Positions 26,558-32,000 of a stretch of 32,000 bases of DNA are shown here, piece after piece (within the stretch, counting starts at the first letter, position 1; the number at the start of each line of letters is the position of its first letter). Under the pieces are notes generated by a model, which had not been told where the DNA came from, did not search any database, and saw only the letters and a list, made by a program, of their open reading frames with translations. This stretch comes from Methanothermobacter marburgensis str. Marburg (lineage in GTDB: Archaea; Methanobacteriota; Methanobacteria; Methanobacteriales; Methanothermobacteraceae): positions 1,542,794-1,574,793 of the forward strand of contig NC_014408.1 of the NCBI RefSeq assembly GCF_000145295.1, in the 5' to 3' direction. A program made the translations under genes and the position numbers.

Positions 26558-26878
26558 GTGCGACGTGCATATGTACTCATGGCTGGGGTTATATTGCTCC
26601 TTTTTCCCTGGATGCTGAGCAGAAATTCAGGTTTCCTTCTGGGCCTGGCATTCGCCATCTTCACGGGACTCGTTATCGCACGCTTCAGTAAGCCTGCTGA
26701 AGAAAAGACCAACATGATAATATCAGCAGTATCCTGTTATACAATCCTTGTCCTGCTGCAGGCTCTTAGAAGTTTTCCATTAAATTCCTGGACATTGCTG
26801 TTCACAGCAGGGTCATTTTTCCTCTCACTGATCCTCATGCAAACAGGAAGCATTCTAAACAGCGCCCTCCCCCAGTAA
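26558..26878 (+). CDS. M4: small polytopic membrane protein (about 106 aa, 3-4 TM)
   Basis: The track ORF starts at 26522. GTG 26558 is preferred because GGTGGTGA lies 6 nt upstream and it avoids overlap with P3. Hydrophobic segments are VLMAGVILLLFPWML, FLLGLAFAIFTGLVIA, IISAVSCYTILVLL and LLFTAGSFFLSLIL. Confidence 0.6.
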   Translation: MRRAYVLMAGVILLLFPWMLSRNSGFLLGLAFAIFTGLVIARFSKPAEEKTNMIISAVSCYTILVLLQALRSFPLNSWTLLFTAGSFFLSLILMQTGSILNSALPQ

Positions 26879-26987
26879 ACATTTAATTTCTGGGAAGCCA
26901 ATGCTGAGACCAGGTAATCAATTTAACGTTTTTATCTGGATGATCATCTGGTGAACTGAATATAACCTAATGATAAAAAATAAAATT

Positions 26988-27503
26988 TTAGGCCCTGAAA
27001 CATGGGATGCAGACTATTTCACCATTCTTTATTCTTGCCCTGTGCTCCGAAACCGGTTCTCCGCATTCAGCGCATCTCACCGATCCATAGATCCTCGCCT
27101 TCTCTGGAATCTCCTCCACCACATCGGTGACATCAAAGAGTTCATGGGGGTCCATTTCAAGTATCCTGTCTGTCATTTCAGCCCTGTCAGCAGCTCCCAG
27201 TTCATCCATGAGTTCATCAATGGTCTTTTTAAGGGATATCCTTATTCCCTCCCCTGTTTTTCTGTTCAGGAACGTGTAGACATGTTTTCCATGGTCCCTG
27301 AATATCAGGTTTCCCTTACCGAATGTGCATCCTGTCATAAACTGGATGGAGTCTATGCTGCAGCTGTCGTTCTCAACAACCGCGACTATCTCCTCATCCT
27401 CTGATCTTCCAAACCTATCTGCCACGATCTTTCCAACCTTGTATCCAAGGGCTGTCCCTGCACAGGAATGACCGTGAAATTTGACTATGTCACTATAATC
27501 CAT
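26988..27503 (-). CDS. FmdE-domain protein with a C-terminal zinc ribbon
   Basis: It has the FHGHSCAG motif (FHGHxCPG-type) and [20 protein letters not shown]. The C-terminal ribbon is CAECGEPV...CIPC. AAGGTGAT SD lies upstream. Confidence 0.8.
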   Translation of the reverse strand: MDYSDIVKFHGHSCAGTALGYKVGKIVADRFGRSEDEEIVAVVENDSCSIDSIQFMTGCTFGKGNLIFRDHGKHVYTFLNRKTGEGIRISLKKTIDELMDELGAADRAEMTDRILEMDPHELFDVTDVVEEIPEKARIYGSVRCAECGEPVSEHRARIKNGEIVCIPCFRA

Positions 27504-27534
27504 TAAATCACCTTTTAGAGTCTATCATATGAAA

Positions 27535-29289
27535 TTATTCATTGACTATGGCCTCCTTGAAGAACTCAGGGAGGAGCGACCTGTAGAGGGGGCTTCTGAA
27601 GAGCATCTCTATGTTACCGTCCAGTATGTAGGTGTAGCATGAGTCGTCATGCGCCCTCATCCCACGCCCATATGCCTGCATCAGTGTCATTATGGTCTTG
27701 TAGGCGTACCACCTCTGGTCCATCCTCTGCCTCCTGTTCACCTGCTTATCCCCAAGGTAGGGGAAGGGTATCTTGTAGATCACCTGGAACCTGCACTTAT
27801 CATAGGGTAGATCAACACCCTCACTCATCGATGGGCTCACAAGGACCAGCGGTTCAGTGGAGTCCTCAAAGTATCTTAGAACGGCCTCCCTGTTGGATGC
27901 CTTGTGGTCGATGAGTCTCCTGTTTGGTATGTTCTCCATTATGAACCTCTGGCAGCGGTAGTTGTGTGTATGTATGAGTCCCTTATCGTTTCTGTGCCTT
28001 TCAAGTATTCTGTTCAATATGGGGATGGTCTCCGGGGCCGTCTGCTTTATCCGGTTCCTTGACATTTTCCCGGCGATCTTCAGTTCTATGGGTCTTCTTG
28101 ATGCCGGGAATGGGCTGTCGACCCTTACGATGTAGGCCTCATCGGGTTTTATGCCCAGCCACTGGCAGAAGAGCCTCTCATTCAGTATTGTGGCGCTCAT
28201 GAAGAGGCATGACTCAGAGTAGGAGAAGAGGCGGTCATGTGCATAGTGGTGGACCCTGAGGGGTTTGAATGAAACCGATTCACCGTCGGAATCAATAACC
28301 CAGTTTTTTGGTTCATCCTCAAGGCTCATTTTAAGTTCCGAAAGCCTCTTGATGGTCCTCTTTATCCTGTCCCTCCTCTTCCTGGGCAGTGATTCCAGTT
28401 CAAGGTCACTGTAGTGGTCGGCTATGGCCTCAACCTGGAGGATCCACTCGGCGGGGTCATCCTCCTGCATCATACTGGAGGGTATTGTCCTCTTAATGTC
28501 CTTCCTGAGGCGCCTGTTGGATATGGTGACCTCCAGTCGCTTCATGAGTTTATCCTCGATGTTGTGGGCCTCGTCCAGTATCATGAGATTCCTCCTGTCA
28601 AAGTGGCCCACGTAGTTCAGTTCAAGGAATGCGTAGTCATAGTTCATGAGGGTTATGGGGCTGTTTATGGCCTCTGCCTTCTGTTCCCAGTAGTGGCAGT
28701 GCTCATCTGTCCTGAAGAATACCCTGTTGCCATATGAGTCCTGGAATGCCTCCTCACCCAGGAGTGTTTCGCCCCTCACAACACCGTAGGGGCAGTGGAA
28801 GTTCTCTGATGAGGGGGTTGTCTGGCAGGTGCCCATGTCACAGGTTGACTCCAGGTCGTCGTTGCGGCAGAGGAAGTTGCCCCTCCCCTTCACAACCGGA
28901 AACCCGAATTCAGTGGCATACTGGTCCTGGAGCTGTTTTGTCATTGTGAGTATGTATGCAGGCTGGTAGATGCCTGCGAGGGTGCATGCTATTGCCGACT
29001 TTCCAGTACCTGTACCTGCCTCGAGTATAACGTAGCGGTAGCCGTCCTCAAGTGCCTGGTAGATGTCGTTTATGATATCAAGCTGCCCTGGTCTCGGCTG
29101 GGGAAAGGGAAAGTTCTCTATGATTTCGCAGGGTATGTGGGGATACCTCTTCTGGAGGTCCTCGTTGATGGAATCTGATTTCTCATCGGATTTTATGAGG
29201 TTCCTGAAGAATGAAAGGCGCCCCCTGCCCCTGCATGTGCAGTTATCCCTCATCATTCCACAGTCGGGACAGAAAAGTGGGTTTTCCAT
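27535..29289 (-). CDS. XPD/Rad3/DinG-family SF2 DNA helicase with an N-terminal zinc ribbon and a Cys-rich (Fe-S-like) insert
   Basis: Walker A is EAGTGTGKSAIA and motif II is LILDEAHNIED. The Cys cluster FLCRNDDLESTCDMGTCQTTPSSENFHCPYG lies between motifs Ia and II. C-terminal motifs are SPSMSEGVDLP and QAYGRGMRAHDD. The N-terminus carries CPDCG...CTC. Confidence 0.85.
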   Translation of the reverse strand: MENPLFCPDCGMMRDNCTCRGRGRLSFFRNLIKSDEKSDSINEDLQKRYPHIPCEIIENFPFPQPRPGQLDIINDIYQALEDGYRYVILEAGTGTGKSAIACTLAGIYQPAYILTMTKQLQDQYATEFGFPVVKGRGNFLCRNDDLESTCDMGTCQTTPSSENFHCPYGVVRGETLLGEEAFQDSYGNRVFFRTDEHCHYWEQKAEAINSPITLMNYDYAFLELNYVGHFDRRNLMILDEAHNIEDKLMKRLEVTISNRRLRKDIKRTIPSSMMQEDDPAEWILQVEAIADHYSDLELESLPRKRRDRIKRTIKRLSELKMSLEDEPKNWVIDSDGESVSFKPLRVHHYAHDRLFSYSESCLFMSATILNERLFCQWLGIKPDEAYIVRVDSPFPASRRPIELKIAGKMSRNRIKQTAPETIPILNRILERHRNDKGLIHTHNYRCQRFIMENIPNRRLIDHKASNREAVLRYFEDSTEPLVLVSPSMSEGVDLPYDKCRFQVIYKIPFPYLGDKQVNRRQRMDQRWYAYKTIMTLMQAYGRGMRAHDDSCYTYILDGNIEMLFRSPLYRSLLPEFFKEAIVNE

Positions 29290-29381
29290 GGAGTCTATTT
29301 AAGGGTGAGGAACTATATAAGTTTAGAGAGTGCCACTGAAAACAAATTCATTGACTGCAGAATGATTATCAGGTGTTTCTA

Positions 29382-30080
29382 ATGAATGGAAAACTCATAG
29401 GTGTGGGTGTTGGACCAGGTGACAGTGAACTTTTAACCATAAGGGCCCTGAAGGTTTTAAAATCAGTTCCAGTTATATGCGCTCCCCGTTCGTCATCTGA
29501 AAGGGACAGCATAGCCCTTTCAATTGTGAAGGATGTTTTAAGTGAACGTGACGATGATTACAGGGTGATTGATCCTGTATTTCCCATGACAGATGATAGG
29601 GGGGAACTTGAAAGGCACTGGGATGAGGCTGCCCGCCTGGTTTCAGGGGAACTTGCCTCAGGGAGGGATGTTGCATTTATAACCCTGGGTGACCCCTCCA
29701 TCTACAGCACCTTCAGTTACCTTCAGAGGCGGATTGAGGATATGGGCTTTGAGACAGAGATGGTTCCTGGTGTGACATCGTTCACAGCGTGTGCTGCAAG
29801 TGCAGGTACGTCGATCGTGGAGGGTGATGAGATCCTTGTTGTGGTGCCAAGGGTCGATGAGCGCTTCAGGAACATAATTGAAAACGTTGATGCCTGCGTT
29901 ATAATGAAGACCTCACGTCATGGGAGGCGCGCCAGGGATGTTGTGGAGTCTGACCCCCGGGAGAGGGATGTCGTATCTGTGGAGAACTGCAGCATGGATG
30001 ATGAGGTGGTTGAGAGGGGCTTCCCGTCACAGGGGAGGTACCTTGCAACGACCATAGTGAGGTTCAGGGGCAGCATCTAA
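29382..30080 (+). CDS. cbiL: Cobalt-factor II / precorrin-2 C20-methyltransferase
   Basis: LIGVGVGPGDSELLTIRALKVLKSVPVICAPR...ITLGDPSIYSTF...VPGVTSF matches the tetrapyrrole methylase CbiL/CobI pattern. AGGTG SD lies before ATG 29382. Confidence 0.88.
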   Translation: MNGKLIGVGVGPGDSELLTIRALKVLKSVPVICAPRSSSERDSIALSIVKDVLSERDDDYRVIDPVFPMTDDRGELERHWDEAARLVSGELASGRDVAFITLGDPSIYSTFSYLQRRIEDMGFETEMVPGVTSFTACAASAGTSIVEGDEILVVVPRVDERFRNIIENVDACVIMKTSRHGRRARDVVESDPRERDVVSVENCSMDDEVVERGFPSQGRYLATTIVRFRGSI

Positions 30081-30132
30081 TCGTGAAAGCCCTGGTGGGG
30101 TTCCTGGGTATCCTGACCATGAACCGGAACCC

Positions 30133-30882
30133 TCATGGGTTTATGAGGAACGAGCACCTCTCATCCCCCCTTGCATAGCATTCTGTCTCCTGTATTTCAA
30201 CATCAGAATTGAAGTATCTGCCAAAAACGGCCTCAAGTATCCCTAAGTCCAGGGCACAGGCGGATTCCCCGATGTCAGGAAGCAGTCCGCATTCAAAGCA
30301 GTCGTAGGCCCTGATTATAAGTGGATCAGTGCTTTCCACCTTGAGTGTCCCCAGCCGGTTTATTCTCCAGAATCTTCTGAGGTTTTCAAGGAGATCCTCG
30401 AGGTTCCCTGCCCCTAAACTGGGGTATATGACCTCCCCTATCTTCAATCCCGCCTCGTGGAGAATGGGGTCGATGTTTATACCCTCCTTTATGAGTTCAA
30501 CCCTGAGTACATGGAACATCAGCCTGAAGAACTCAAATGGGTCCCCCACTGAGGTCAGGTGTTTTGCAAGAAACTCTGTTTTTTCCTCATCCAGTTCTCC
30601 GCGCTTTTTTCTTCTGAGTTTACCCAGGTACCTTGAGTTTATTGAGAAGACCTTTATTCTCCTGTCTGCAGGGTCCGGCCTTTCAACGATGAGTCCGGCC
30701 ATTCTGAGATCAGATAGGTGCTTTGATACCGTGGACTTGGATTTCCCGGTTATTCTGACTATATCCTGAAATCTGAGTTCCCTCTTTATGAGTTCTGATA
30801 GTATAAGTGATTTAACGGGACTCTCGATTACCTCTATTCCCCTATCCGTTGCGAATATTGTGAACTGCTGTCTTTCCCTCAT
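30133..30882 (-). CDS. msvR: Redox-sensing transcription regulator MsvR (ArsR-type wHTH plus V4R domain)
   Basis: The N-terminal wHTH is FQDIVRITGKSKSTVSKHLSDLRMAGLIVER. The C-terminal V4R-like Cys-containing domain is CFECGLLPDIGESACALDLG...ECYARGDERCSF. It is divergent from fpaA, which is the published arrangement in M. thermautotrophicus (MTH1349/MTH1350, from memory). Confidence 0.85.
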   Translation of the reverse strand: MRERQQFTIFATDRGIEVIESPVKSLILSELIKRELRFQDIVRITGKSKSTVSKHLSDLRMAGLIVERPDPADRRIKVFSINSRYLGKLRRKKRGELDEEKTEFLAKHLTSVGDPFEFFRLMFHVLRVELIKEGINIDPILHEAGLKIGEVIYPSLGAGNLEDLLENLRRFWRINRLGTLKVESTDPLIIRAYDCFECGLLPDIGESACALDLGILEAVFGRYFNSDVEIQETECYARGDERCSFLINP

Positions 30883-30948
30883 TGAGCAGAGTTATGTTTC
30901 ACCACCCATAAAATTGTTTCACTACCATAGAACAGAAAAAATTATATA

Positions 30949-30990
30949 TTAGTTCGTAGGTTATAGTACATTCGATGACATACGAACTAA
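30949..30990. promoter_or_regulatory. Operator-like inverted repeat in the msvR-fpaA intergenic region, next to an A/T TATA block (30935-30950)
   Basis: A perfect 10-bp inverted repeat, TTAGTTCGTA (30949-58) and TACGAACTAA (30981-90). Embedded in it is TTCG-N8-CGAA (30971-30986), the MsvR box consensus as I recall it. AAAAAATTATATATTA lies just upstream. Confidence 0.7.
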
Positions 30991-31005
30991 ATATCCGGTG
31001 ATAAG

Positions 31006-32000
31006 ATGAAGGCCGCAGCAAAAAGAATATCCGATGGAGTATACTGGACTGGAGTCCTGGACTGGGATCTTAGAAACTACCATGGATACACCCTGCAGGG
31101 CACCACATACAACGCCTACCTTGTCTGTGGAGATGAGGGGGTTGCACTGATAGACAACTCCTACCCCGGCACCTTTGATGAGCTCATGGCAAGGGTTGAG
31201 GACGCCCTGCAACAGGTGGGAATGGAGAGGGTTGACTACATAATCCAGAACCACGTTGAAAAGGACCACAGCGGTGTCCTGGTGGAACTCCACAGGAGGT
31301 TCCCTGAAGCTCCCATCTACTGCACAGAGGTGGCTGTTAAGGGGCTCCTGAAACACTACCCCTCCCTCAGGGAAGCAGAGTTCATGACCGTGAAAACAGG
31401 GGATGTGCTTGATCTTGGCGGGAAGACACTGACATTCCTGGAGACCCCGCTGCTCCACTGGCCAGACAGCATGTTCACCCTACTTGATGAGGATGGGATA
31501 CTCTTCTCAAACGACGCCTTTGGACAGCACCTCTGCTGCCCCCAGCGCCTTGACAGGGAGATACCAGAATACATCCTCATGGATGCTGCCAGGAAGTTCT
31601 ATGCAAACCTCATAACCCCACTCTCAAAGCTGGTACTCAAAAAATTCGACGAAGTTAAGGAGCTTGGGCTCCTCGAAAGGATCCAGATGATCGCCCCATC
31701 CCATGGGCAGATCTGGACAGACCCCATGAAGATCATAGAGGCCTACACAGGCTGGGCCACAGGCATGGTGGATGAGAGGGTCACGGTGATCTACGACACC
31801 ATGCACGGTTCAACCAGGAAGATGGCCCATGCCATAGCAGAGGGAGCTATGAGTGAGGGGGTCGATGTTAGGGTCTACTGCCTCCATGAGGATGACCGGA
31901 GCGAGATCGTGAAGGACATACTTGAAAGCGGCGCCATAGCACTTGGAGCCCCCACCATATACGACGAGCCCTACCCAAGCGTCGGAGACCTCCTCATGTA
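31006..32000 (+). CDS. fpaA: F420H2 oxidase / type A flavoprotein FpaA (FprA), 5' part; runs off the right edge
   Basis: Absent from the track because there is no stop in the window. Hand translation from ATG 31006 (GGTGAT SD) gives [40 protein letters not shown]...[10 protein letters not shown]...[13 protein letters not shown]... It then continues as ...[22 protein letters not shown]. This is a metallo-beta-lactamase-like di-iron domain followed by a flavodoxin domain. Confidence 0.9.
   Translation, partial: MKAAAKRISDGVYWTGVLDWDLRNYHGYTLQGTTYNAYLVCGDEGVALIDNSYPGTFDELMARVEDALQQVGMERVDYIIQNHVEKDHSGVLVELHRRFPEAPIYCTEVAVKGLLKHYPSLREAEFMTVKTGDVLDLGGKTLTFLETPLLHWPDSMFTLLDEDGILFSNDAFGQHLCCPQRLDREIPEYILMDAARKFYANLITPLSKLVLKKFDEVKELGLLERIQMIAPSHGQIWTDPMKIIEAYTGWATGMVDERVTVIYDTMHGSTRKMAHAIAEGAMSEGVDVRVYCLHEDDRSEIVKDILESGAIALGAPTIYDEPYPSVGDLLM

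Noticed and set aside
27538-29356. Exact 11-mer ATTCATTGACT on both sides of the helicase gene (27538-27548 and 29346-29356), a possible flanking direct repeat
   Set aside because: By a rough estimate, on the order of a hundred chance 11-mer pairs are expected in 32 kb. One copy is simply the helicase's last codons. There is no other sign of mobility.
30961-31458. 165-aa minus-strand ORF at the right end
   Set aside because: It is antisense to the clearly recognisable fpaA/fprA coding sequence (plus strand from 31006). It has no SD and no family resemblance.

Overview
The window reads as a euryarchaeal methanogen chromosome, most like Methanothermobacter thermautotrophicus or marburgensis, judged from gene content, GGTGA-type Shine-Dalgarno sites and the msvR-fpaA pair at the right end. 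It splits into three parts. (1) 1-21,700 is dense core housekeeping: nop10-aIF2alpha-S27e-L44e, GINS, PCNA, TFS, RpoL, Csl4, Dph2, Hpt, SRP54, Pus10, L21e, RpoF, KsgA, DapF-LysA, ArgD, cyclophilin, Ogg and HisF. (2) About 21,700-26,950 starts immediately 3' of a tRNA-Arg(UCG) and looks accessory: by eye it is more A+T-rich and has no housekeeping genes. It holds two frameshifted genes (RmlC-like cupin, flavin-reductase-like). It then holds a same-strand cluster of small polytopic membrane proteins, a Sec-exported C39-like cysteine peptidase, and at least two unannotated Gly/Trp/Tyr-rich small-peptide ORFs that fall below the 60-aa cutoff of the ORF track, plus decayed copies of them. (3) 26,950-32,000 is core again: an FmdE-like protein, an XPD/Rad3-like Fe-S helicase, CbiL, the redox regulator MsvR and the start of F420H2 oxidase FpaA/FprA. 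The best candidate for something undescribed is the peptide / membrane-protein / C39-peptidase cassette array at 23,041-26,878, a possible archaeocin-like toxin-immunity or peptide-signalling locus. This rests only on sequence reading and needs database and experimental checks. No CRISPR array, rRNA, transposase or integrase was seen. Several ORF disruptions sit in homopolymer runs and may be sequencing artefacts.
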